Part shown: one piece after another, positions 23,366 to 36,115 of the stretch
How the letters are laid out: each line of letters begins with the position of its first letter
How positions within the stretch are numbered: position 1 is the first letter of the stretch
Source of the DNA: Octopus bimaculoides
Lineage: Eukaryota
Direction: 5' to 3'
Assembly (NCBI RefSeq): GCF_001194135.2
Contig: NC_068982.1
Location: 9,998,766 to 10,057,510 of the forward strand
DNA: 58,745 bases
Position numbers and translations under genes: made by a program
Notes under the pieces: model-generated
The model's input: only the letters and a program-made list of their open reading frames with translations
Databases searched by the model: none
Told to the model about the DNA's origin: nothing

Positions 23366-25002
23366 TATATATATATATATTATTAGTTACAAAACTAACA
23401 AGTGAACAGCCATCTTGATCTCTTACTTAACATGTGGGTGTTATTATAACACAGAATTCTGTGATATTTACATTGTGAGGAACTCTCATATGGCCTCATG
23501 ATGCATAAAAGCACTTGTTATATATCGTTGAATGACTAGAAGCCTCTGTTACAGTTACTGGAACTGCCAGGATGTTATATCACCACTGGACATCTGTAAC
23601 TGAGGAGCTCATAGCAGGGTGAACTCATGTGATCTGGCAGTATTGTTGACCGTAGCAGACAGTTCGTCTGTCAACGATATCATTACAAGGGTTTTTAAGC
23701 ACCAGGAGTCCATATGAAAGGTCCTCACAAGATAAACGACACAGTATTCTGTGTTCTTACACAACCTCCACATGAAGTCGGAGATCAATATTGCCTCTTG
23801 GCATTATACTGCTTCTGTCACTATTAATTATTTTTTTAATAACTGAACATATATTGAGCATGAAATTAATTCTGCTGGATCTGTTTTAAGCACTATGTAG
23901 CTACTGTCTTCATAAGAGCCTCTTAACATCAAATATTCAGTGATCAGGCATTCATCTGATAGGACAGGACAATCGTTTTCAGTTATGAATGAGTTTGGTA
24001 GTAAGATTTACAAGTATATTTAGAAGGAAAGTATCTTTTCTGCATACTAAATATACACATGGTAGATATTACACATGTAATTCAGTGTTGAAAGACTTTG
24101 ACTAAATGACATGTAGTTAACAGATAAAAAAAAACACTCTCTAAGGAGGTTTATAATGTGAAAACAACAAACAAGGGAAATAACTCCAGTAAAATCAACT
24201 AATTGAAATTTGATACTCAGTCACCTTTAAGTTTCTCCAAGTAAAATAAGCTTTACTTAGGAAGCCTACTATAATGAAAAGCTGTTTCTTGCTTTCACCA
24301 GAGTAACTGTGAAGATGAGATTTACTCCTGGCTACTTTATCTTTATTTATCTAGTTGTCAAAACACTTTATTTAAAGAAAAAAAGATCCTGTTTGAAGAT
24401 GCTGCACACATTTTAGATTCATTAGTTTTAAATCCAAATAGTTTAATTCTCATACAAATAAAAATATTATTTGTGTCTTCTAGGAAATTTAATAAAATTA
24501 CAGAAATTGTTTGTTTATTTGTTCAAAGTAATATTTGGTTATTTGCAAAATATGAATTAAACATTTAAAAGTCTTAGAAAGGATAAAATAAAAGAAAGAA
24601 ACGAAGATGACATTCTTTAGATTTAGAATTAGTTTTGAACATTAGTCTCTATGGCAACAATGCAAAACAAAATATTTTAGGTCTTTAGACTGTCTACTAT
24701 ACTAATTACTATGACAATTATAAACATTTATTGCTTGCTGAGTGAATAAAATTGAGTAATGAAAAGGTTAGGACAATGCATGTGTTCTAAACTTCCTTAT
24801 GTTGAGTCCATATATTGATAAAAGTACTTTTGCATCACATAATTATATTTGTTTCTTTACAAAATTGCTTTGATATTTTCTGCTTCCTGCTTTAGTGAAG
24901 ACTGAGTTGTCCAGGCACGTTCACAGCTTGGTTGTGTTATTTTGATACAATATGTTTCTATAATGGCATAATGAGTAAGAGTAAAATCTTAACAGAAATA
25001 TT

Positions 25003-25345
25003 ATCATCGTTTAACGTCTGCTTTCCATGCTGGCATGGGTTGGACAGTTCGACTGAGGTCTGGAGAGCCAGCGGCTGCACCAGGCTTCAATCTGATTTGG
25101 TAAGGTTTCTACAGCTGGATGCCTTTCCTAATACCAACCACTCTGAGAGTGTAGTGGGTGCTTTTTACGTGCCACTGGCACAGGAGCCAGTCAGGTGGGC
25201 CTGTATCGATCATATTCAGATAGTCCTTTTTACGTGCCACCAGCATGGGGGTCAGTCAGGAGGTACTGGCATGAGCCACATTCAGATCATGTTCTTTATG
25301 TACCACCGGCATGGGAGCCAGTCAGGGGACACTGGCACAGCTACA
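25003..25345 (-). mobile_element. RTE LINE 3' UTR with subunits
   Basis: Family tail plus three GTGCCAC..GC-type subunits. Confidence 0.85.
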
Positions 25346-25389
25346 GCAATTTGTAATATCCTACAATGATATTCTGGTAACTGTAGAAT

Positions 25390-25690
25390 GAAATGGAGTT
25401 AAGAAAGAGTTTGCTTCCCAACCACATGTTTCTGGGTTCAGTTACAAAGAGTGACACCTTGGGTGTCTACTACCCAACAAATGCTTTGTCAGTGGATTTG
25501 GAAGTTGGAAACTGCTTAATAGTATTTTGTCTGTCTTTACATTCTGAGTTCTATCTCCACAATGGCTATCTTTGTCCTTCTTCATTTTGGGGTCGAGAAA
25601 ATAAGAACCGGTTGAGCAATGGGGTCGATATAATCATCTTATCTCTCACTATAATTGCTAGCTTTGTGCTAAAACTTGAGACCAATATTT
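25390..25690 (+). mobile_element. Degenerate SINE-A 5' piece followed by a SINE-B piece
   Basis: CCCAACCACATG.TTCTGGGTTCAG...GTGGATTTGG, then TTTACATTCTGAGTT...GGGGTCGAT. Confidence 0.55.
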
Positions 25691-25995
25691 TCTTGTGATT
25701 TAGAATAAACTAAGATATTTCCAGTCAACCTAATTAGAAAATACGAAGGAATTTATAATGTATTTAGACAATAATAATTACATCCAAACATGAACACTTC
25801 AAAAAAATATATAATTAATGATTATTTGTGATGGCAAAAGTCAATTTAGTGAGAAGCAGATAGCTGGCTTCGTTGGTGGCCACAGAGAAAAACAAAATCC
25901 AATATTCTTTGACAAAGACTTATTCTTCAAATGTAAAGTATGGTAGCATGTATCAATTTTGTCTTTTCTAATAATTCATACATGATATCAAAACA

Positions 25996-26427
25996 CATTC
26001 TTTTCCACTCTAGGCACAAGGCCTGAAATTTTGGGGGAGGGGGCCAGTTGATTAGACTGACCCTAGAACACAACTAGTACTTAATTTATCGACCCTGAAA
26101 GGATGAAAAGCCAAGTCAACCTCAGCGGAATTTGAACTCAGAACATAAAGACAAACAAAATACTGCTAAGCATTTCGCCTGGCGTGCTAACATTTCTGCG
26201 AGCTCGCCGACTTAGCGACTTCAAATATTCTTTTCTACTCTAGGTACAAGGCCCAAAATTTTAGGGGAGGGAGCCAGTTGATTAGACTGACCCCAGTATG
26301 CAACTGGTACTTACTTTGACCCCGAAAGGATGACTTTGGCAGAATTTGAACTCAGAACATATAGACTGACAAAAAACCGCGAAGCATTTCACCCGGTGTG
26401 CTAACAATTCTACCAGTTCGCCACTTT
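25996..26427 (-). mobile_element. Head-to-tail SINE-B dimer inside one 14-bp direct repeat
   Basis: Copies at 25998-26210 and 26228-26424; ATGATATCAAAACA at 25982-25995 and 26428-26441. Confidence 0.85.
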
Positions 26428-27170
26428 ATGATATCAAAACATTGTCATATGCTCCTTTACAGACAAGAAATGTATCCTGAGGGAAAAGGTGGAAAGCTTT
26501 TCACATTTTCAAATCTTTTAAAAAATAGCCTAGTTTTATTTGACATGTAGCTCTTCTATGATATATATTAGTTTTAAAGTAAATATCAACACAATATCTA
26601 CAGGAAATGGTATTTAAGTGACAATTATTCTAACAGAAAGTTAAGATTTTGTTTGCCAGAGGAAAGAAATATTTGCAGTTTGCTATTTTAAGTTAATCTT
26701 CCAAAAATAGAAATAATATATTTATTTTATTATTGGTTCAAGTGTAAATAAAAGAAAATGAATCTTGAAATTTGGATAAATATTGTCCTTTTGATTCCAC
26801 TTTATACATACTACAAGAGATAATTCTGTATATCCAAATATTACTAAATTTGATTAAAAAGATACAAAAAAACCTGATTAACTTATTGAATATTTTCCCC
26901 AGGATTGAATAAGCCAAGAAGTGCAATGAGCTTTTTCCAGGAGCACAGTACAATGTCAATTGAAAATTTCGATTAAATTTTGATCTTTTGAACTTCAGTA
27001 CATTCAATATATTGATCATTTGCTCGTGCTAGAGCTAATATTTAAATTTTCGTACTTTTTTTGTGTACTTTAAACCATTCATCATCATAACCATATCACA
27101 ACTACACTTACAAACTTATTCTCTCTTTCTCTCTCTCTTTCTCTCTGTATATACTTTATAGGAATATTGA

Positions 27171-27900
27171 CATAGGTGTGGCTGTGTGGTAAGAAGGTTG
27201 CTTCTCAGCCACATGGATCGAGGTTCAGTCTCACTACCTGGCACAATGTGTCTTTAACTATATAGCCTTGGTCTCAAGCAAAGCTTTGTGAGTGGATTTG
27301 GTAGACAGAAACTGAAAGAAGCCCATTATATCATCATTATCATCATTTAATGTCTATTTTCCATACTGGCATGGGTTCGACAGTTTGACTGGGGACTGGC
27401 AAGCCAGGAGGCTGCACCAGGCTCCAATCTGATCTGGCAAGGTTTCTACAGTTGGATGCCCTTCCTAACATTAACCACTCTGAGAGTGTAGTGGATGCTT
27501 TTTATGCGCCACTGGCAGCACTGGCATCAGCCACATTCAGATGATGCTTTTACGTGCCACCGGTACAGGAGCCACTCGGGGTGGTGGGGCTGGCATCAAC
27601 CACATTTGGATGGTGTTTCTTACATGTCACTGGCACAGAGAGCTAGTCAAGGGGCACTGGCATTGGCCATCTTTTCCCTTCTGGCATCCATTTGTGTTTG
27701 TCTTCTGCCATTGCTTGACAACCAATGTTTGTGTGTTTATGTCTCCATAATCTAGTGGCTCAGCAAAAAAGATGGATAAAATAAGTATCAGGTCCTACAA
27801 AAAAAATAAGAATAGGGTTGATTTGTTCAACTAAAATTCAAGACGGTGCCCCAGCATGGCCACAGTATAATGACTGAAACAATTAAAAGATAAAAGATAG
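27171..27900 (+). mobile_element. SINE-A split by a minus-strand RTE 3' end
   Basis: 5' half at 27171-27328, RTE tail at about 27329-27685, 3' half at 27690-27900. Confidence 0.82.
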
Positions 27901-28029
27901 AAAGAGCTCTGAGAGAATCACTTACTCTATGGTGTAATAAGCAATAAGAGCACAACAGATCAGGACTCGAAGAATTGGAGGGAAAGTAACATATTGTGAC
28001 ATGATATGGAATGTATATGTGATAATAGT

Positions 28030-28350
28030 GGAGGGGTGTAGCTTAGTGGTTAAGGTTTTTCGCTCATGGTCACAGGGTTGTGAATTCAATTCCCAGCAAC
28101 ACAACACGTTGTATGCTTCAGTAAGACTTTATTTCATGTTGCTCCTGTCGATTCAGCTGACAAAAATTAGTACTTGTATTTCAAAAGGACCAGCCATGTC
28201 ACATTCTGCATCACACTGAATCTCTGTGAGGACTATGTTAAGGGGACACATGTCTGTGGAATACTCAGCCACATGCACGTTAATTTCATGAGCAGGCTGT
28301 TTCATTGATCGGATCAACTGGAACCCTTGTCGTAACTGATAAAGTGCCAG
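28030..28350 (+). mobile_element. SINE-C variant
   Basis: A box TAGCTTAGTGG and B box GAATTCAATTCC; shared tail GCACGTTAATTTCA.GAGCAGGCTGTT...GATCAACTGGAACCC. Confidence 0.78.
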
Positions 28351-28368
28351 TTTTAAAATATGCGATAA

Positions 28369-28594
28369 TATTTATTTCTTTATTGCCCACAGGGGGCTAG
28401 CATAGAGGGGACAAACAAGGACAGACAAAGGGATTAAGTCGATTACATCGACCCCAGTGCATAACTGGTACTTATTTAATCGACCCTGAAAGAATGAAAG
28501 GCAAAGTCAACTTCAGTGGAATCTGAACTCAGAACGCATTGGCAGATGAAATACTGCTAAGCATTTCAGCCGGCGTGCTAACAATTCTGCCAGT
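28369..28594 (-). mobile_element. SINE-B with an alternative 3' tail
   Basis: SINE-B head and body, but the tail reads CCCTTTGTCTGTCCTTGTTTGTCCCCTCTATG...AATAAAGAAAT. Confidence 0.8.
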
Positions 28595-29369
28595 GATAAT
28601 ATTAAAAAGAAATGTGATGGAGTCAGTACCATTGAACAAACAAATAGTCCAATAGAACCTAAATGAATAATGAATAAATTTCAACTTCCATCTTATCCAG
28701 ATTCACCATCACAAGCCATGGACCCTGTTGGTTTCGGATTTTCAGCCAGTTTCGACCTGAACTGAATCTTTAATGCCGCATTATACAACACTACACTTTT
28801 GAAACCAAATTTTATCAACCAAATACCACTGTTATAATAATAAATATTAAAATGGAAGAAGAGCAGAAAGCAACTCTCAAGAGTATCTGTGAATGGTGAC
28901 GGAGTTCACATCAACTATCAGCTATGTCATATAGTGGCAATTTAATTATATTACTTTGTCTTCTGTCTACATTCATTTATTTTGGCACCTTCTATTTCTT
29001 CCCTTGGGAAGTAATGTTGGCTTCAAACACAAGATGTCAGATAAGACATATACAAAGACACAATGCCATAGTCCTGTTGAACTTATGAAAACCTAGAGAA
29101 AAACATATTATGATGCTGTTGAATATGCGTATATAATATGTACGTATGTATTATTATTTCATTCACGCACAACAGATTAGACTGTTGGAAAAAATTCCTA
29201 ACATCAAGCTACAAGTAACGTTAGATGCCAAGTACCTTCCTAAGTATCCTAGCTGTCCCTAATAATACCGTTTTCCTTAAAATGTTGTTGTTGTTATGTA
29301 TATATGTTACATATTACTATAAAAATAAGAATGGGTAAGAGTAAGTTCAGAGAACATCTGCCTCTGCTG

Positions 29370-30053
29370 GCATCAAAAGTAGTCTCCTTCAAACCGAAAG
29401 TTAAACTGTATGACACTTATGCTATAACTGTGATGCTGCATGGTAGTGAGACATAGGCCATGAATGCAGAACGCTTGAGAAGACTGGAAAAAAATGAACC
29501 CAGCATGCTCTGTTGGACATGCAGTGTAAGTATGCATGAATAATCTAGCACAAAGGTGCTGGTACTGAGAGAATAATTTAGAAGAATCACATGTAGTGTA
29601 CAAGAAATATTGTGCTGATATGGACACATGGTGCATAGATGAAGGTAATTGTATAAAGGGGTACCAAATACTTAACATGGATGGAGTTTGTGGAAGAGGG
29701 AAATCCAGAAAGACAAGGGACAAAGTGGTGAAAGTTGTTGTCAAGACCTTGAACATCACAGAGGAGATGACGAGAAACTGGGATGCATGGTGATATGCAG
29801 TTTACAAGGGGACCTAAACGAATCAGTAAATCTAAGTTCTGAAAGCACTGTGTGTAAATATGCACAACTGGGCCCTGGCCCTGATGACAACAAAAGAAGC
29901 ACCCAGTACACACGGTTTGCTATTCGGAAAGACATCCAGCTATAGGAACTAGGGGAATGTAGACAGTGAAGCATGGTGCAGTCTATGGACCCCTCAGATC
30001 AACTCAAACAACCCAACCCATGCCAGCATAGGACAGGGACATTAGATGATGAC
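29370..30053 (+). mobile_element. RTE LINE ORF C-terminus plus 3' tail, degenerate
   Basis: KVKLYDTY..VMLHGSET*AMNAERLRRLEKNEPSMLCW...GVCGRGKSRKT.DKVV..., ending CCAACCCATGCCAGCAT...GATGATGAC. Confidence 0.85.
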
Positions 30054-30059
30054 AATATA

Positions 30060-30109
<50 letters not shown>

Positions 30110-30294
30110 CCTGCCTCAAGGCTTTCACTCCACACATGCCAGCTCAACTTGATTTGTCTTTATTAGTCAAAAGACACCTGTTGTTATTCTCTTGTTGTTT
30201 GTATTTGTAAATGAATAACATTTACTCCGTTTTTTAATTTTTAAAAATTTTTTTGTCTTTGTTGTCATACACTTTCGCTTGCTTTCTCCCAAAA

Positions 30295-30535
30295 CATACA
30301 ATGCTCTTAGCTTAGATTTTTGGGGCCAGCCAGATCTGAACAGTCTCAAGTGTAATCGGCCAAAACTGTAAGGATAATCTGGAAACTTGACTGATGAGAG
30401 AAGGCCACGAATGGTTCGTCCTTGTTTTGTCATGTTTGTCTTTTTGTTGTTTTTCCTGTCTGTCCGTCTTTGTATTGTCTATCTGTCTGGATTTTTTTTA
30501 TTGTTGTCTGCTGCATTCTTGTTCCATCTTTGGGA
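30295..30535 (+). repeat. Second copy of the probable Penelope-like terminus family 2
   Basis: Aligns with 10195-10400. Confidence 0.5.
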
Positions 30536-30540
30536 TTTAT

Positions 30541-30591
<51 letters not shown>

Positions 30592-30592
<1 letters not shown>

Positions 30593-30885
30593 CATCATCA
30601 TCATCATCATTGTTTAACGTCCGCTTTCCATGCTAGCATGGGTTGGACGATTTGACTGAGGACTGGTGAAACCGGATGGCAACACCAGGCTCCAATCTAA
30701 TTTGGCAGAGTTTCTACAGCTGGATGCCCTTCCTAACGCCAACCACTCAGAGAGTATAGTGGGTACTTTTACGTGTCACCCGCACGAAGGCCAGTCAGGC
30801 GGTACTGGCAACGGCCATGCTCGAAATGGTGTCTTTTATGTGCCACCCGCACAAGAGCCAGTTCAGGGGCACTGGCAACGATATA
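30592..30885 (-). mobile_element. RTE LINE 3' end, young (CpGs retained), running into a gap
   Basis: TTTAACGTCCGCTTTCCATGCTAGCATGGGTTGGACGATTTG... Confidence 0.88.
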
Positions 30886-32451
30886 NNNNNNNNNNNNNNN
30901 NNNNNNNNNNNNNNNNNNNNNNNNNNNNNNNNNNNNNNNNNNNNNNNNNNNNNNNNNNNNNNNNNNNNNNNNNNNNNNNNNNNNNNNNNNNNNNNNNNNN
31001 NNNNNNNNNNNNNNNNNNNNNNNNNNNNNNNNNNNNNNNNNNNNNNNNNNNNNNNNNNNNNNNNNNNNNNNNNNNNNNNNNNNNNNNNNNNNNNNNNNNN
31101 NNNNNNNNNNNNNNNNNNNNNNNNNNNNNNNNNNNNNNNNNNNNNNNNNNNNNNNNNNNNNNNNNNNNNNNNNNNNNNNNNNNNNNNNNNNNNNNNNNNN
31201 NNNNNNNNNNNNNNNNNNNNNNNNNNNNNNNNNNNNNNNNNNNNNNNNNNNNNNNNNNNNNNNNNNNNNNNNNNNNNNNNNNNNNNNNNNNNNNNNNNNN
31301 NNNNNNNNNNNNNNNNNNNNNNNNNNNNNNNNNNNNNNNNNNNNNNNNNNNNNNNNNNNNNNNNNNNNNNNNNNNNNNNNNNNNNNNNNNNNNNNNNNNN
31401 NNNNNNNNNNNNNNNNNNNNNNNNNNNNNNNNNNNNNNNNNNNNNNNNNNNNNNNNNNNNNNNNNNNNNNNNNNNNNNNNNNNNNNNNNNNNNNNNNNNN
31501 NNNNNNNNNNNNNNNNNNNNNNNNNNNNNNNNNNTATATATGTATATATATACATACTTGCACACACTTACATATATGCATACATATATGTATATACGTA
31601 TATATATATACATATATACATACATACATACATATATACATTTACATACATATATATGTATGTATATACATGTATATATATAAATATACACACACACACA
31701 TATATACATAATTTTTCTGGGTTCTTTGCCTCTTTCTTTTTTTCTCTTTTCAAATTGTGTATGCTCTACTCCTGCAATTAGGTAGATACATGTATATATA
31801 TATATGTATGTATGTATGTATATATATATGTATGTGTGTGTATATATATATATATAAATGTTTGTGTGTATGTAATAAATTACCTAATTTACAGTCAAGC
31901 TCTCCTCTTCAATACTTTTGGTTTCTTGCCAGTGGAATTGGTCAGCTGACCTTCTCCCACTCTTTCATTCTCTCTCTCTCACTCTCTGTATGCATATATG
32001 TGTGTATATACATATATATATATGTAGTGATAGACAGGAAGAAGAAAAAAGAACGAATGAAATTTATATACTCAGAAGAAGCATAATTGAGAAATGGTTG
32101 CTACAGATGATGCTGTCTGCATAGATTTTTACATTTTATTTTAGAAGATTGAAAACGAGTAAGTTTTTCATAATTGCTGTAAACCAATGTTAATTTGAAG
32201 CAAGTTTTTTATGCAGTAATTTTGTTTTTCTTCACTTATAACAAACAATAATTGGTTGTGTGAACAGGAATAAGGTTCTGGACCTTACAGTGAAGGTTAT
32301 AAGGTTCCAAAAAATATGTATTCTATACCAATTATTTTGAAGGCTAAACAGAGTTTTACCAAGATAAAAATATATTTTAATGATAACAACTCTGGCTATT
32401 TTTTGTTTAGATGGTGAATATATAAAAGCAAACTACTGATTCACATTCTGA

Positions 32452-32512
<61 letters not shown>

Positions 32513-32646
32513 ATGCGTGTGTAGTACAATGGAAAACCTAAAGGGAAATTCTTCAGTAAGACATTCTGCATAGCATCTACATATACATTCAGGTCTTACA
32601 TTGGTAATATTGCAACAATTAATTCAGACTCTCTACTATTTTGCTA

Positions 32647-33049
32647 TTTTACTTGTTTCAGTCATTTGACTGTGACCAGGCTGGAGCACCACCTTTTAAG
32701 TCGAGCAAATCGACCCCAGGACTTATTCTTTGGAAGCCTAGTACTTATTCTATCGGTCTCTTTTGTCAAACTGCTAAGTTACGGGGACGTAAACACACCA
32801 GCATCAGTTGTCAAGCGATGCTGGGGGGACAAACACAGACACACAAACATATACATACACACACATACATATATACATACATATATACGATGGGCTTCTT
32901 TCAGTTTCCTTCTACCAAATCCACTCACAAGGCTTTGGTCAGCCCAAGGCTATAGTAGAAGACACTTGCCCAAGGTGCCACGCAATGGAAATGAACCCGA
33001 ACCATGTTGTTGGTAATCAAGCTACTTACCACACACCCATTCCTGCGCC
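32647..33049 (-). mobile_element. SINE-A, full length
   Basis: From the head GGCGCAGGAATGGGTGTGTGGTAAG to the tail GACTGAAACAAGTAAAA. Confidence 0.9.
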
Positions 33050-33074
33050 TAGCTCTGTTATCTTTTATTTTTTA

Positions 33075-33430
33075 CCTGTTTTAACCATTTGACTGGCCAT
33101 GCTGTGGCACTGGCTTGAAGAACTTTAGATGAATGAATTGACCCAGACTTTATTTATTTCGTATTTTTAAGCCTTGTACTTATTCTATCGGTCTATCTTG
33201 CCAAACCACTAAGATATGGGGACATAAACACACCAGTATTGGTTGTGAAATGAGGGTGGGTGACAAACAGAGACACAAAGACACACACCACTATGCACAC
33301 ACATACATATAGAAGTATGTGCGTGTGTATATGTAAATGCTTGAAATAACTCCTGGGGCCGATTTGCTCGACTAAAGGCGGTGCTCCAGCATGGCCGCAG
33401 TCAAATGACAAACAAATAATAAAAGAATAT
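33075..33430. mobile_element. Two SINE-A 3' fragments in opposite orientation
   Basis: Minus copy at 33075-33300 and plus copy at 33345-33430. Confidence 0.7.
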
Positions 33431-34324
33431 AAAGCACATTAAGTAAACACCAAATTCCAATTTCCTTCAGTTTTCAATGATTAGCTGATGAGCAACTATC
33501 TTTTGCTGCAGACACAACACAGTCTCTGCTTTCCAGCATTTTTGGACAAAATTCACAGAAATAACCCAATAAGTTTACCGTTAATTCTGCAAAGTATTCA
33601 CAGGTCCTGCTAGTATTAACACATATCGTTGTTACATAAACTTTTAAAAATCTAACAAATTATGTATGAAGATATTTCACAGTATGTAGAGAGATCATTA
33701 TGGATTTGCTATAACAGTCACACAGATATAAACATTTCTTATATGTATGGTACACAAATGGATATTTTTTGAATACTTAAATTTGACATTTGCCTGGCTG
33801 GTAATAAGAAAATGACCTTTACATAAATTTACCACACAGACAAAAATATATCTAAGGGACATAATAACTTGTAAGATGCAGTGAGTTCCACCATATATTA
33901 AAGAATATCACTTGAAATCTTACAAGAACAACCATATTAGGAAATGTCAAATGAGTGCCTATAAGTGTTTGAACAACCTTAGAGATACAGCTATGCAATT
34001 ACATGAAACTTAAGTGATGTTATGTATGTTTCAAGTACTGTACAAAGATATATCTTACACCTCTCCACTTATCAAATGCTGCAGCTCATACACATATACA
34101 TGTGTGGCTGTGCGCATGCGCATACATGTGTGGGCATGTATATATTATTAGTTAGTCATCCATGAGTCATAAAAAAGCTCACTCAAAATGTGTGAAAGTG
34201 TGGTTAAATTTATATATCATCGAACAGTGTGTTACTGGTTACAGTATAGAACTGGTCAGAATGTTATGGTTGGCTTTTTCACAGACCATTACACTTAGTC
34301 AATATCATACGCACACAAATCACT

Positions 34325-34540
34325 ATCATCATTCAACATCCGTTGTCCATCCTAGCATGGATTGGACATTTTGCCAAGGGCTGGCAAGCCGGGAGGCTGC
34401 ACCAGACTCCAGTCCAATTTCGCATGGTTTCTATAGTTGGATGACCTTCCTAATGCCAACAACTCTAAGAGTGTAATGGGTGCTTTTTACATTCCACCGA
34501 TACCTGTGCCATTTACATGACACTGGCAATGGTCATGACT
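34325..34540 (-). mobile_element. RTE LINE 3' end
   Basis: Family tail signature. Confidence 0.78.
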
Positions 34541-34558
34541 ACATATATATATTGTGTG

Positions 34559-34592
<34 letters not shown>

Positions 34593-34624
34593 ATTATGTT
34601 GCATTATATATACATGTATATAGC

Positions 34625-34905
34625 AGGTGTGGAAAATTATAAAGTAGGCACCAAGTTATTGCACAGACAGATTAGATTCCTTAAACTCCATCTTCTTAAT
34701 CGAGGTGAAGCACTCCAGAAGCAAATGAGTTGTCTTGAAGGGAGAAAATATTTAAACAGATATCGAAATGGAGAGATGACAAGCAATTACTGGTGTTAGG
34801 AATACATTTATATGAGTCAGATAATTGTAAAGAAATACATGGCTAAATATATCCCTCTGTATTTAGCTTTTGTCAAACTGAAGAAGGCCTTTGACAGTGC
34901 CCCTT
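34625..34905 (+). mobile_element. RTE reverse transcriptase fragment, degenerate
   Basis: ENYK.GTKLL and KKYMAKYIPLYLAFVKLKKAFDSAP resemble NYRGIKLL and EKY.AK.KPLYLAFVDLEKAFDRVP. Confidence 0.78.
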
Positions 34906-35042
34906 ACACAGGGTCTTTGACATTACATCTGAAAGTACATTATAATATGTGTCTTATGCCAATGTACCCTTGCTATTGTGAAAGCCACTTTATATGTACT
35001 TTAACCTAAAGCCTTGTGCCTATGTAATAAATACCATCTACA

Positions 35043-35440
35043 GATCATCATCGTTTAACATCTATTGTCCATGATGGCATGGGTTGGATGATTTGACCAG
35101 GTCTGGTAAGCTGGAAGGCTGCACCAGACTCCACTCTGATCTGGTATGGTTTTCTACAGCTGGATGTCCTTCCTAACGCCAACCACTCTGGAAGTTTAAT
35201 GGGTGGTTTTACATTCTACTGGCACAGGTGCCATTTGCATGACTCCGGGGTGCTGTTATGTGCCACTGGTACAGGTTCCATTTGCATATACATTAGTATC
35301 TGCCATAACTGCAATTTTGCTCAGCTTGATGAGTTTTCTTCTCAAGCACGATATAATGCTAAAGGTCCCAGTCATTGCCTCTTTGAGGCTCAACACTTGA
35401 AAGAAAACTCCACCAGTTTGCCTCTGTGAGGTTTAACACT
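35043..35440 (-). mobile_element. RTE LINE 3' end reaching the ORF stop region
   Basis: Family tail plus CTTCTCAAGCACG...GTCATTGCCTC.TTGAGGC; same subfamily as 40238-40515. Confidence 0.8.
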
Positions 35441-35682
35441 CGAATGGACATACATGAGAACATTCTATAGTTTTTGTTGTGGGTCAATTTCATATAATTC
35501 AACATGTTTCAACAGGCTCATCCATCATTTCTGTAACATTGATTTATTTTAGCTAGGCACAAAGCATGACAGTGAGGCTTAAAATATTTACTTTATCATT
35601 TAACATTGTTCCAAAATCAATTCTAGTGAACTGTAATCATCTTAGGCAAGACCAACTGTATCAAAGCACATGATGTGCACTT

Positions 35683-35762
<80 letters not shown>

Positions 35763-35814
35763 CCACACATTGTAAAAAGGTATATATACATACACATCTA
35801 TATATGTGAGCAAA

Positions 35815-36115
35815 GACATTTGAGTGAGATCGTTGCCAGTGCCGCTGGACTGGTTCCTGTGCAGGTGGCACGTAAAATACACCATTTTGAGTATGGCTGT
35901 TGCCAGTACCGCTTGACTGGCTCTCGTGCTGGTGGCACGTAAAAGTACCCACTACACTCTCGGAGTGGTTGGCGTTAGGAAGGGCATCCAGCTGTAGAAA
36001 CTCTGCCAAATCAGATTGAAGCCTGGTGTAGCCATCTGGTTCACCAGTCCTCAGTCAAATCGTCCAACCCATGCTAGCATGGAAAGCGGACGTTAAACGA
36101 CGACGACGACGACGA
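35815..36115 (+). mobile_element. RTE LINE 3' UTR, young, with a (GAC)n tail
   Basis: GGTGGCACGTAAAA subunits, GGCGTTAGGAAGGGCATCCAGCTGTAG, GGACGTTAAAC(GAC)n. Confidence 0.9.

Noticed and set aside
23460-23830. More GC-balanced island with a 65-codon open minus frame
   Set aside because: No family motif found in any frame; cannot be distinguished from an old unrecognised repeat.
24932-25369. Recurrent peptides such as PCWHGLD, FLQLDALPNANHSE and HASM in many ORFs, suggesting a gene family
   Set aside because: They are frames of the RTE 3' UTR repeat, not proteins.
28700-28820. Exon-like signals on both strands (plus acceptor at 28700; minus 122-nt open exon)
   Set aside because: The candidates are mutually exclusive, the peptides are unrecognised, and there is no way to choose without RNA data.
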